Source of the DNA: a virus
Lineage: Duplodnaviria; Caudoviricetes
IMG/VR virus record: IMGVR_UViG_3300020358_000016
Span: 1 to 30,550 of that record
DNA: 30,550 nt
Direction: 5' to 3' (one strand)
A model generated the notes under the pieces. That model was not told the DNA's origin. It did not search any database and was given only the letters and a program-made list of their open reading frames with translations. A program made the position numbers and the translations under genes. This document shows, in pieces, positions 6,417 through 20,858 of the stretch. Position 1 is the first letter of the stretch. Every line of letters starts with the position of its first letter.

Positions 6417-7718
6417 ATGACTGAACAAACCAAAAACCTAAATTATCTACAATCCTTTATTGATGAAATGAAGGAATCATCTTCAGGTAATTACAAAATT
6501 GAAACTATTAAGAAACATTCTGATAGTGAATTTCTACAAAATATTTTTAATTACACTTATAATCCTTATAAGAAATATAATGTAACAAGTAAGAATTGTA
6601 AAAAGAATTCTAAATTACTTGGCCATGCAAATACTTATGGTAGTATTTTTACTTTGTTAGATGATTTGGCAAACCGAGTTTGTACTGGGCATACTGCAAT
6701 CGCAAATGTTAACAGGTTTATCTTAGAAAATATTCAACACGAAAAACTTATTTATAATATTATTGATAGAGACCTTAAAATGGGTGCATCTACCAGTTCT
6801 ATTAATAAAGTAATACCAGGATGTATTCCAACATTTAAGGTTGCATTAGCAAATCCTTATAATGTAAAAAGAGTAGATTTTAAAAGTGGAGACTGGTACG
6901 GTTCTAGAAAATTAGATGGTGTTCGTTGTATTTGCCGAAAAGAAAATGATATAGTAACATTCTTTTCTAGAAGTGGTAAAGAATTTTTAACATTAGGTAA
7001 TTTAGAAAATGAAATTCTAAAGATTAAAGGTAACTTTATTTTAGATGGAGAAATCTGTATGGTTGATAAAGATGGTAATGAAGATTTTCAAGGAATCATG
7101 AAACAGATCCGAAAAAAGAATCATCAAATTGAAAAACCTAAATTCTTTGTATTTGATTATTTAACTTTAGAACAATTTGATAATCAAACTGGAGTTACGC
7201 CATTAACATTTAGATTAGAAATTGGGAAGAGAAGTTTACCAGAAAATATTAATTCTGATATGTTAGAATTCTTACCACAAGAACAATTAACTACCGAAGA
7301 ACAATTTACTGAAATGGCAAAGGATGCTGAAGAGGCAGGATTTGAAGGAATCATGGTTAGAAAGAATGTAGGCTATGAAGGTAAAAGAAGCCATAATCTT
7401 TTAAAGGTTAAAAAATTCCATGATGCAGAATATACTGTCTTAGGAACTACTAATGCATTTATCCGATGGACAGAAAATGGTAAACAAGTAGAAAGAGAAT
7501 GTTTAAGTAACATTACAATAGAACATAAAGGTTGTAAAGTTAGTGTAGGATCAGGTTTCTCTAAAGAACAAAGAGAAATGTATTATGAATCTCCACAGGA
7601 TATTATTGGTAAAACAGTAACTATTCAATATTTTGAAGAAAGTAAAAATCAAACCGGTGGTTATTCACTAAGATTTCCTGTATTAAAACATGTTTATGCT
7701 AACGGAAGGGATTGCTAA
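6417..7718 (+). CDS. lig: ATP-dependent DNA ligase
   Basis: Motif I RKLDGVR, III ILDGEI, IIIa FFVFD, IV EGIMVR, V LLKVKK, VGSGFS, VI SLRFP. Confidence 0.95.
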   Translation: MTEQTKNLNYLQSFIDEMKESSSGNYKIETIKKHSDSEFLQNIFNYTYNPYKKYNVTSKNCKKNSKLLGHANTYGSIFTLLDDLANRVCTGHTAIANVNRFILENIQHEKLIYNIIDRDLKMGASTSSINKVIPGCIPTFKVALANPYNVKRVDFKSGDWYGSRKLDGVRCICRKENDIVTFFSRSGKEFLTLGNLENEILKIKGNFILDGEICMVDKDGNEDFQGIMKQIRKKNHQIEKPKFFVFDYLTLEQFDNQTGVTPLTFRLEIGKRSLPENINSDMLEFLPQEQLTTEEQFTEMAKDAEEAGFEGIMVRKNVGYEGKRSHNLLKVKKFHDAEYTVLGTTNAFIRWTENGKQVERECLSNITIEHKGCKVSVGSGFSKEQREMYYESPQDIIGKTVTIQYFEESKNQTGGYSLRFPVLKHVYANGRDC

Positions 7719-7765
7719 TCGCAGACACCTTTTAAGTACATCTAATGTGTTCTACATATTTAATT

Positions 7766-7774
7766 GATAAATAA
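7766..7774 (+). promoter_or_regulatory. putative class B promoter variant (GATAAATAA)
   Basis: 26 nt before GTG 7792, the same spacing as exact copies. Confidence 0.4.
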
Positions 7775-7791
7775 TAAAAGGAAAATTTAAA

Positions 7792-8373
7792 GTGAGGCTA
7801 TTTGAAGCAAATAAAAGAAATGCAATTACCATATTTGATGTGGATGATACTCTTGTAGTTACTCGCAGTAAAATAAAAGTTCATAATCCTAAAACAGGTT
7901 TTTCTACTGAACTTACTCCACAAGAATTTAATACATTTAGGAAAAGACCAAATGATAAGATGGACTTTTCAGATTTTCAAAGTTTAGATATTCTTAAGGC
8001 TGGTAAAATTATTGAATGGGTATTTTCTATTTTAAAAAGAACTATCCAAAAGGGTAAAGCTGTTGGTATTATAACAGCAAGAGATGATTCAAAACTTATT
8101 CAACAATTTTTAGCTCATAACGGTATTAATATAAATCCTCAATACATATTTGCTATTAATGATACTTCATTAGGTTTTAAAGGATCTACTTCAGAAAAGA
8201 AAAAGCAAGCATTTAAAAAATTCATAGAAATGGGATTCAATGACTTTACCTTTTTTGATGATGATGAAGATAACATTAAACTTGCAAAATCATTAAGTAA
8301 AGAACCTAATATTAAAATGAGAGCTAAACTAATTAAAAGTAAATGGATTCCAAAATTCGACGACTTCAAGTAA
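7792..8373 (+). CDS. HAD-superfamily phosphatase
   Basis: Motif I FDVDDTL, motif II IITAR, motif III Lys (EKKK), motif IV FFDDDEDN. Confidence 0.85.
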   Translation: MRLFEANKRNAITIFDVDDTLVVTRSKIKVHNPKTGFSTELTPQEFNTFRKRPNDKMDFSDFQSLDILKAGKIIEWVFSILKRTIQKGKAVGIITARDDSKLIQQFLAHNGININPQYIFAINDTSLGFKGSTSEKKKQAFKKFIEMGFNDFTFFDDDEDNIKLAKSLSKEPNIKMRAKLIKSKWIPKFDDFK

Positions 8374-8816
8374 AAATTGAAACCTTCTCAAATATTTTAA
8401 ATAATATTAAAGATCTTTCTAATTCATCTACAACTAAAGTAGGATGTATAGCATTAAGAAAAGATTTTAGTAAAATAGCTAGCTTTGGCTATAATGGATC
8501 ATACAGTGGAGCCCATGATAATGTAGAAACTGGAACTGAAGAAGAAAGTTTAGAACCAGGTGAAAGTGGCTTTATTCATGCTGAGGTAAATATGATTGCT
8601 AAATTTAAAGAACATGATCCTGAAAATTATATTGTTCTTTTAACTTTATCTCCATGTAAAATGTGTACCAAGATTTTAGTCAATGCTGGGTTTAAACATG
8701 TATATTGGATTGATGATTATCGTAACCTAGATCATTTACAAATTTTTAAACAATGTAAAATCACCTATGGACCTATATCCTATCTTATAGATGACTACCA
8801 TCTAATCAAAGACTGA
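8343..8816 (+). CDS. dCMP deaminase
   Basis: KVGC, GYNG, zinc motifs IHAEVN and LSPCKMC. Confidence 0.9.
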   Translation: MDSKIRRLQVKIETFSNILNNIKDLSNSSTTKVGCIALRKDFSKIASFGYNGSYSGAHDNVETGTEEESLEPGESGFIHAEVNMIAKFKEHDPENYIVLLTLSPCKMCTKILVNAGFKHVYWIDDYRNLDHLQIFKQCKITYGPISYLIDDYHLIKD

Positions 8817-8824
8817 ATATATAA
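8816..8824 (+). promoter_or_regulatory. putative late promoter, class B (AATATATAA)
   Basis: Exact motif 26 nt before TTG 8842. Confidence 0.6.
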
Positions 8825-8841
8825 CAAAAAAGTAGACTCCA

Positions 8842-9417
8842 TTGATTTTAGAAGGAATAACATTTAAACTAGCTTTAGACTTCTTTACCTTTTTGAAAAA
8901 AAATAAAATAACCTCTACAAGTATTAAGGTTGATTTTTTTAATAGGGTAAAGCATGAGTACATTGATTTTGCAGATGTTGCTGCAATGGAAAAGTATTAT
9001 AACACAAATTATAAGCCTCTTGATAATTGTAATTTAGGAGATTTGGTTTCTATTTCATTTTTCTTAGCCGCGAGTGATCTTTATGATTTTAGTACTGAAT
9101 TTAAAGCAATGGATGTTACTAATAATTTAAAACTTGAAACAGGCTCTGCATATGATAGACAAAGAAACTCCGGTAGAAAGGTATTTATAGACAGACAAAT
9201 TCAATTAATAAAGAATGCAGTTACTGATTATGTAAAGTATTATTCAGAGCTAAAATATATTTATGTAACTGGAATTTATTCACCATGTTATGCCGTACCT
9301 GGTTGGTCAGAAAACACTTGGTATCTTAAATCATTCAGAGAAGCATTTACTTCCGTAAGAGATACTTCAGAGTTTCCATATAGTGATGTTAAGATTGAGG
9401 AATTTCCTCCAAACTAA
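8842..9417 (+). CDS. hypothetical protein (TTG start)
   Basis: 191-aa ORF filling the gap; preceded by a class B motif. Confidence 0.7.
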   Translation: MILEGITFKLALDFFTFLKKNKITSTSIKVDFFNRVKHEYIDFADVAAMEKYYNTNYKPLDNCNLGDLVSISFFLAASDLYDFSTEFKAMDVTNNLKLETGSAYDRQRNSGRKVFIDRQIQLIKNAVTDYVKYYSELKYIYVTGIYSPCYAVPGWSENTWYLKSFREAFTSVRDTSEFPYSDVKIEEFPPN

Positions 9418-9442
9418 ATATATAAAGAAGAGGAATAAATAA
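9417..9442 (+). promoter_or_regulatory. tandem class B motifs (AATATATAA 9417-9425; AATAAATAA 9434-9442)
   Basis: Upstream of the fibre gene ATG 9459. Confidence 0.55.
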
Positions 9443-9458
9443 AAAAATATTTAAATCA

Positions 9459-14633
<5,175 letters not shown>

Positions 14634-14637
14634 TCTT

Positions 14638-14664
14638 AAACAATTATTATATTTAAAGTATAAT
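14638..14664 (+). promoter_or_regulatory. putative promoter, class A (AAACAA-N15-TATAAT)
   Basis: Intergenic, before ATG 14681; the spacer also contains TATATTTA. Confidence 0.5.
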
Positions 14665-14680
14665 AATAAATAGACAACAA

Positions 14681-15238
14681 ATGCAAAAAGATAACATTGA
14701 GGAAACTCCACAAGAAGAAGTACAGGAGCTTAAATATTACCAATGGATTAAAGGAGACCAATCTGGTTCGGTAGTTACTATTAAAGAAGAAGATTCTAAT
14801 TGGATAACATTTAATGAAGGTGGTAGATTAGCAACAGAATTTAGGTCTGAATTTATACAAGAATTGGATTCAGATATAGCTGGTGAATTTGTAAACACTT
14901 CAAATTCAACTGTTGATCCTTTAAACCAAAGTGCTACATCAGTAGAGCCAATTACAAAAAGCGATCCTATTATTCCTGCTTTAGATACTACACCATCACC
15001 TATCAGAGTTTTATTTAACAAACAAAAGAAAAATAATAAAGTAAAGCTTCTTTTAGAATTTCCTGTAAACATTCCTACTAAAGGTGTTTATGAATTAATG
15101 AGTACATCATTTGATAAAGAAGAAGTTAATGAACAATTACAATCATTTATTTTAGATCAATTATCTGAAGATGAAATATTAGACTGTTTACACAACAGTG
15201 TACAATCATTAATCGAGAGCAAGTACAAAGGCGAATAG
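14681..15238 (+). CDS. hypothetical acidic protein
   Basis: 185 aa; small N-terminal beta domain (YQWIKGDQSGSVVT), S/T/P linker, helical C-terminus. Confidence 0.8.
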   Translation: MQKDNIEETPQEEVQELKYYQWIKGDQSGSVVTIKEEDSNWITFNEGGRLATEFRSEFIQELDSDIAGEFVNTSNSTVDPLNQSATSVEPITKSDPIIPALDTTPSPIRVLFNKQKKNNKVKLLLEFPVNIPTKGVYELMSTSFDKEEVNEQLQSFILDQLSEDEILDCLHNSVQSLIESKYKGE

Positions 15239-15255
15239 CACACTTTATAACTAGT

Positions 15256-15264
15256 AATATATAA
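15256..15264 (+). promoter_or_regulatory. putative late promoter, class B (AATATATAA)
   Basis: Exact motif 22 nt before ATG 15278. Confidence 0.55.
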
Positions 15265-15277
15265 TAAAATCAATCAT

Positions 15278-15664
15278 ATGAACGAGACTGCAAATCAAAC
15301 TATACCTAACCGTCGCCAAAGAAGAATGGCAATGAAACATCAAGGAATTTTAAAAATGAAATCTAAATTATCATTTAAAGAATGGTTAGAAATCTGTAAG
15401 CAAACTAGAGAAAAAGGTAAAGAGATACATGAAGCTAATGTTGAAGCTGCTGAAAAATCTATATATGCTAAATTAGAACAGGTTGAGAATAATAAAATAT
15501 CTCAATGGAAAGAAGAAGGTTATACAGATAAAGAAATAGAAAAATTAAGAGATGCTCTAGCTATGATTACTATTAAAGATAAATCTACTTGGCATACAGA
15601 TAAAAAGACTGCAAGAAAAGTCTTTAAAGAATTAAGGGAAAACTTATACAAAAGAAAATCGTAA
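15278..15664 (+). CDS. hypothetical basic helical protein
   Basis: 128 aa; NRRQRR motif near the N-terminus. Confidence 0.8.
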   Translation: MNETANQTIPNRRQRRMAMKHQGILKMKSKLSFKEWLEICKQTREKGKEIHEANVEAAEKSIYAKLEQVENNKISQWKEEGYTDKEIEKLRDALAMITIKDKSTWHTDKKTARKVFKELRENLYKRKS

Positions 15665-15994
15665 ATGATTAAAATAGTTTTAGAACCCGCCAGGAATGGT
15701 GTAATCAAAAAAGTCATTGATGATAATCATGGTGGAGGTAAAGAACATTTTACTTCAACTGATGTTTATGAAGCAAATGAAAATGATAAGAATCAATACA
15801 GCTATGTAAAAAGATTCTTTTTTGATTTATGCGATGATCTCGGTTTAGAGATCGGTAGTAAATTCGATAAAACAGTATTAGATATTAATACACAATGGGG
15901 TACTCACTATGAACCTACTGATAAAGATATTGAATTTAAAATAAAAAGACTTAAGAGTGAGCTTAAGAAATTAGAAGAATGGAAGAACATATAG
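15665..15994 (+). CDS. hypothetical protein
   Basis: 109 aa abutting the previous stop. Confidence 0.8.
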   Translation: MIKIVLEPARNGVIKKVIDDNHGGGKEHFTSTDVYEANENDKNQYSYVKRFFFDLCDDLGLEIGSKFDKTVLDINTQWGTHYEPTDKDIEFKIKRLKSELKKLEEWKNI

Positions 15995-16368
15995 AATTTA
16001 ATTTCATATACTCTAGTGATGCATTACGCGTTAAAACATTCTTAGGAAACGTCCCTAGGAGTATTGAGTGTATAAATTATATGGATATATTTAACAAACT
16101 TACAAAAAACGATTTTTATCAATACGAACCATCAGATGCAGTAGTATCATCTTATTTAATGAGACAGTTACAAAATGCAATAGGTCGTAATATTTCTACA
16201 ACAATATTTTATGTTTTAGGAAATCTTAACAAAGAAACGGTTGGCGGAATACAAACATACGTAGAATCACTATCCGATAAACCTATTACTTATAAAATTT
16301 ATCATTCACCTGATATTACTGTCAACGGCACTGCTGAGCTATTCGATGACATAATAGAATTTGAATGA
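15979..16368 (+). CDS. hypothetical alpha/beta protein
   Basis: 129 aa overlapping both neighbours. Confidence 0.75.
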   Translation: MEEHIEFNFIYSSDALRVKTFLGNVPRSIECINYMDIFNKLTKNDFYQYEPSDAVVSSYLMRQLQNAIGRNISTTIFYVLGNLNKETVGGIQTYVESLSDKPITYKIYHSPDITVNGTAELFDDIIEFE

Positions 16369-16928
16369 AAACACATAGGATATTTAATAAAGGACAAAAT
16401 GTATACTGCCTTTTAGCATCTCATACTAATCCTAACATACTTTTACCAGTTAAAGGTAAAATCTTAGATTCCAAATGGGATCCAGTAAATCCTCTTTATC
16501 AAATTCGTATTATTAAGTTTTATGATAATATGAGATTTCTTAAACAGCATTTCTTTGATATGAATTTTAGACATATGTTTGAAAACAGAGCAAGGAAAAT
16601 GATTCTTAAAGCCGAAGACTTTAAAACTGCAAAAGTTTTGGAAGATAGGTTAAATGAAAAAGATAGAGAAAGATTCTATGTAGTTATAGAATCGGTTATG
16701 TGCACCAAAACAAAAGTTGGGTTATCTGAATTATTTGAAAAGGTTCAACTGTATATGATTTCTAAAAACTTAAAAGAGATTAGGGATATATCATCTAGGC
16801 CATTTTTTAAAGGACCACTCTCTATAGATAGTGTAAGAGAATTTGATGCCAGGTATAAAATAGGATGGGCAGATAAATTTGAAAAAAGTAGCTTAAGCAT
16901 TGATAAGTATCTTAACAGCTTAGGTTAA
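16365..16928 (+). CDS. hypothetical protein (SH3/KOW-like N-terminus)
   Basis: 187 aa, ATGA overlap; FNKGQNVYCL...VKGKILD...YQIRI pattern. Confidence 0.75.
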   Translation: MKTHRIFNKGQNVYCLLASHTNPNILLPVKGKILDSKWDPVNPLYQIRIIKFYDNMRFLKQHFFDMNFRHMFENRARKMILKAEDFKTAKVLEDRLNEKDRERFYVVIESVMCTKTKVGLSELFEKVQLYMISKNLKEIRDISSRPFFKGPLSIDSVREFDARYKIGWADKFEKSSLSIDKYLNSLG

Positions 16929-16936
16929 ATATATAA
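16928..16936 (+). promoter_or_regulatory. putative late promoter, class B (AATATATAA)
   Basis: Exact motif 26 nt before ATG 16954, the first gene of the baseplate run. Confidence 0.6.
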
Positions 16937-16953
16937 TAAAATAACCTTACTCT

Positions 16954-18789
16954 ATGGGCTTTAAGTTATCTGATAAAATTGAATCACTAAATGAGATGAT
17001 GTCTCCTGATAGGGAAGACAAATCTAATTCTAATAGAGTTAGTGCATTTGGTGGACAAGCTGCTGGTTTTGCTAAAGGTGTTGCTGAACTATATAGCAAA
17101 AACTTTTATGGTGGGGAAGGAACCGCTGCTGATGCATCAACAGTCTCTGCTGGTATGGCAGGTAAACCGCTTGCATCTTCAATAGCAAATAAATATGCTT
17201 TATTTAATTTTCAAGGATTTCACGGAGGTCTTACTAAAAATTCAAAAGAGAATTATATAGATAAAGCTGAAAACCCTTTAATGGGTGGGGTTGGTGCTAC
17301 TAATGTTTCATTACCTAAAATCATAAATTACTTTGAAAATAAGTATCCTAAAATAGGTTATAAGCCATCAGATTTTTTATATTCTAAATATTACAAAAGA
17401 ATACCAGTTAATCATTTGGTAACTTTAAGAAGATTTCCAACTGCTGTTCCTGATAACATTTATCTTTATAATGTTAAGATGAAGGGAGGAGAATCTGGTG
17501 TAGCAGATAAGGACGGAAACTATGGAGGGGAAGACGCTACACAGGTTGCAGGTGTAACTGCAATAACTTATTTAGGTGAAACTGCAAATAATAAATTAGA
17601 GGATTTGTTAAGCATGTCATTTGGTTTAAATTTCAAAGAACTAAAAGCGAATTTTGAAGCAGTCGACACAGGTGGGTCTGGTGGAGGATATACAAATCAA
17701 CCTTTTTATAATAAGATTGGTGGTATCGGTAGAGCAATTACAGATTCTGCAAAAGGACAAACTGCAGGTTCTAAATTTAGAGCACAAAATGGAGCAGGAA
17801 GCCAAACTGCTGATAGATTAGGTACTACTTATGCTAATTTTGTATTAGGACCTGTTAATGTTGTAGATAATACAATGATTAGAGATAGAGGATTAAAATA
17901 TTCAAATGATATGACATTAACATTTGAGTATGAACTTAGATCTTTAAGTTATGTTAATCCTAAAATAGCAATGATTGATGTTATAAGTAATATGTTAACT
18001 ATGACTACAAACAATGCTCAATTCTTTGGAGGAGGACATAGGTATTATGGAAGTGCTGGTTTTGTTGCTAGTCAATTTGGTGATATAAATATGTTAAAAA
18101 GTGGTAATTTTTCTGGATATATGGGAAGTGTGGTTAATGATGTTGAAACAGGTTTTAAAGGTTTATTTGGAGATTCAAATGGAAACTTTGATTCAAATAG
18201 TGTTGTAGATGGTTTAAAGAAAGTAGGTAAAAATTTACTAGGTAATATGCTTGGTGGATTTTTAAAAGGAGCTGTTGGTGGACCGACCGGTACTACAGCT
18301 ACTAGAACATTTATTAGCGGTGAACCTACTGGAGACTGGCATGTTACTGTTGGTAATCCATTAAATCCAATTGTTATGATGGGTAATATGATATGTGATA
18401 ATACTAAAATGACATTAGGACAAGGTTTAGGTTATGATGATTTTCCAATGGAGGTTAAATTTGAAGTTGATCTAAAACATGGTAAGCCAAGAGATAAAGG
18501 TGATATAGAAAATATGTTTAATGCTGGTCAAGGTAGAATATATGCATCTGCTGCTGGTGTTGAAGATATATTAAATTTAGCAGGAAAAGAAGTTGCAACT
18601 TATGGTTCAATACCAGATGCTGGAACTAGTAACTTACAAGCAAACCATAATGTAGGTTCTGCACCTAGTGGATTTACTAATGAACAAATAGATAATCTTA
18701 AAACTATACCATCACAAGATTTATCAATAGCACAAGCAACAAGTGGTGAATATGTTTCTAACTTAACTGCTATGTTAATAGACTCATAA
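16954..18789 (+). CDS. virion structural protein, probably baseplate tail-tube cap/initiator (T4 gp48/gp54-like)
   Basis: Tube-fold-like segments MTLTFEYELRS and WHVTVGNP...GYDDFPMEVKFEVDLK; lies just before the gp53-like gene. Specific call is inference. Confidence 0.5.
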   Translation: MGFKLSDKIESLNEMMSPDREDKSNSNRVSAFGGQAAGFAKGVAELYSKNFYGGEGTAADASTVSAGMAGKPLASSIANKYALFNFQGFHGGLTKNSKENYIDKAENPLMGGVGATNVSLPKIINYFENKYPKIGYKPSDFLYSKYYKRIPVNHLVTLRRFPTAVPDNIYLYNVKMKGGESGVADKDGNYGGEDATQVAGVTAITYLGETANNKLEDLLSMSFGLNFKELKANFEAVDTGGSGGGYTNQPFYNKIGGIGRAITDSAKGQTAGSKFRAQNGAGSQTADRLGTTYANFVLGPVNVVDNTMIRDRGLKYSNDMTLTFEYELRSLSYVNPKIAMIDVISNMLTMTTNNAQFFGGGHRYYGSAGFVASQFGDINMLKSGNFSGYMGSVVNDVETGFKGLFGDSNGNFDSNSVVDGLKKVGKNLLGNMLGGFLKGAVGGPTGTTATRTFISGEPTGDWHVTVGNPLNPIVMMGNMICDNTKMTLGQGLGYDDFPMEVKFEVDLKHGKPRDKGDIENMFNAGQGRIYASAAGVEDILNLAGKEVATYGSIPDAGTSNLQANHNVGSAPSGFTNEQIDNLKTIPSQDLSIAQATSGEYVSNLTAMLIDS

Positions 18790-18803
18790 AAGAATAATTA
18801 AAA

Positions 18804-19349
18804 ATGAATATTAAATCTCTTACATTAAAGAATAAGTTAACTGATGATAAAACAGGTGAACAGTATTATGACTTAACTGCTCCATCATTTAAATATAAAA
18901 GAGAGCTTGGTGTTAAAGCATTACATTATGTTACACAAGATCAGGTTGGTAGAATTGATAAAATATCAACTGTATATTTTGGGTCTACTAAATTTGTTGA
19001 TGCTATATGTGTAATTAATAATATCTTTAATCCTTTTTCTCTTCAAGAAGGTGACATATTAGCTATACCACAATTAAATGATGAAAACTTAGTTTATGCA
19101 AGACCAAAGACTGCAACAAGACCAAGCGCGAGTTTAGCTCAATATGTAGATACTGGAAGACAGAGTGAAATTGATCAATCTAGAATACAGAGACTAATTC
19201 AAAAGGCTAAAACAAAAAAGACTGGTGTTAAAGCACCAATTCCACCGAATATGTTACAACAAGGACAAGCTGCTAAAGTATTCGAAGGTGGTAAAATTAA
19301 ACTAGGAGCAAACTTACCGTCAAGAAATAGTCCAAATATAAATCAATAG
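18804..19349 (+). CDS. baseplate wedge LysM-like protein (T4 gp53 / P2 gpX-like)
   Basis: HYVTQDQVGRIDKISTVYFGS...ICVINNIFNPFSLQEGDILAIP. Confidence 0.8.
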   Translation: MNIKSLTLKNKLTDDKTGEQYYDLTAPSFKYKRELGVKALHYVTQDQVGRIDKISTVYFGSTKFVDAICVINNIFNPFSLQEGDILAIPQLNDENLVYARPKTATRPSASLAQYVDTGRQSEIDQSRIQRLIQKAKTKKTGVKAPIPPNMLQQGQAAKVFEGGKIKLGANLPSRNSPNINQ

Positions 19350-19351
19350 AT

Positions 19352-20836
19352 ATGTCAGAAAGTATTGTTGAAAGAAATATATTAACAGTCATAGAACCTG
19401 CCATATTATTAGATCCATTAGAAATCTTAGATGTTGAAAGTGGATCCGATAATTCTGATGGTGCAAAAATAAAAGAAAAACCTTCTAAGTTTTCTTCTGT
19501 TGTTCCTCTTGTTAGAATTAATGGATATGATGTCCAGATGGATAGGCTAAATTATTTCTGTTTAAAGAATAATGCATTTTATCCTACTTGTCGAATTCAG
19601 TTTGCCGATGTTGATGGAATGTTTAGCGCTAGGTTTTATCCTAAAGATGGTGACTTAATTCAAGTTAATATTAGATCACAAGGTGATGAGACTACATTTA
19701 AACCAATAAGAATCGATTTTACTGTTGTTGATTGTAAGCCTATTGGGGGTGGTGGTGGAAAATCTGCAAATGAATTTTTAGTAATAGGTAGAATGTTTGT
19801 TCCAAATTTATTTACAGAAAATGTTGAATATGAAGAAGAGGTTACAAGCTGGGATGCTTTATTAAATATTTCAGAAAAACTAGGATTAGGTTATGCGTCC
19901 AATGTAGAGGAAACTACTGATACTATGACTTGGACCAATCCTAATGATACTTATGAAACATGGATCCAAGACATTGTAGCAAATAGTTATTCTAGTGATG
20001 AAACATTTTTTACGAGCTACATTGATCCTTATTATTATTTGACTATGGTCGATGTAAATAGATTATTTAGCCAAGAAGGTGCGATAGAGGCTAGTGAAAG
20101 TTTTACTACAAATGCTGGTGATAGTATGGGTGCAGAAGGCACTGAAGGACAAGTTGACGGTATTCCTAATTATTTAAGTAATATGTTAAATCTTCAAGGT
20201 GGAGCTAGATATATTTCTAAACACCAAATGGTTAATAAGAGTGGTGAAATAAGTAAAGCAAATGGTTATAAAAAATATTCTCAATACTGGGATTTAAATG
20301 CTAAAGAATGGATAAGTGAATTTGTAGACCCTCTTACTAATGATACGCCAGGTATGATTCCTGCAACAAAAGGTAGAATAGTAGATGGTGAAGTAGAAGG
20401 ACCAAGAAACGAACAAGTTAAATATAAATTTTTAGGTACGCAAGGTGATAATGTCCATCCTGAATTTACATATGCAACAGTTCAGAATTATCAAAATCTT
20501 ACAGAGATTAATAAAATGGGAATGACAATTGAATTAGATACGGTTAATCCTGCTCTTGTAAGATATAGTAGAATTTATTGTCAAATTTTAGAATTTGGAA
20601 GTACAATAACAAGTACTTTATTAGCCACACAACAAGATGAGATAGAAGGTGAAGAAGAACCACAGCAAAGAAGTGGAGGTACAGATGAAAATGATCCTAA
20701 GTCTCAACAAGGTATTGTAAATGAATACTTAACAGGGTTTTATGTTATTAAAGGAGTTGAATGGATATTAACCAAACCAGGTCCTATTAGAATGAAATTA
20801 GAATTAGTGCGTCGAGAGTTCACTCCTACGACCTAA
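19352..20836 (+). CDS. baseplate hub protein (T4 gp27 / late control D-like)
   Basis: FYPTCRIQFAD...PKDGDLIQVNI, IRIDF, C-terminal LTGFYVIKGVEW...MKLELVRRE; between gp53-like and gp5-like genes. Confidence 0.65.
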   Translation: MSESIVERNILTVIEPAILLDPLEILDVESGSDNSDGAKIKEKPSKFSSVVPLVRINGYDVQMDRLNYFCLKNNAFYPTCRIQFADVDGMFSARFYPKDGDLIQVNIRSQGDETTFKPIRIDFTVVDCKPIGGGGGKSANEFLVIGRMFVPNLFTENVEYEEEVTSWDALLNISEKLGLGYASNVEETTDTMTWTNPNDTYETWIQDIVANSYSSDETFFTSYIDPYYYLTMVDVNRLFSQEGAIEASESFTTNAGDSMGAEGTEGQVDGIPNYLSNMLNLQGGARYISKHQMVNKSGEISKANGYKKYSQYWDLNAKEWISEFVDPLTNDTPGMIPATKGRIVDGEVEGPRNEQVKYKFLGTQGDNVHPEFTYATVQNYQNLTEINKMGMTIELDTVNPALVRYSRIYCQILEFGSTITSTLLATQQDEIEGEEEPQQRSGGTDENDPKSQQGIVNEYLTGFYVIKGVEWILTKPGPIRMKLELVRREFTPTT

Positions 20837-20843
20837 TAAATAT
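20835..20843 (+). promoter_or_regulatory. putative class B promoter variant (AATAAATAT)
   Basis: 24 nt before ATG 20859. Confidence 0.35.
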
Positions 20844-20858
20844 AAAAAGAATAAAGAT

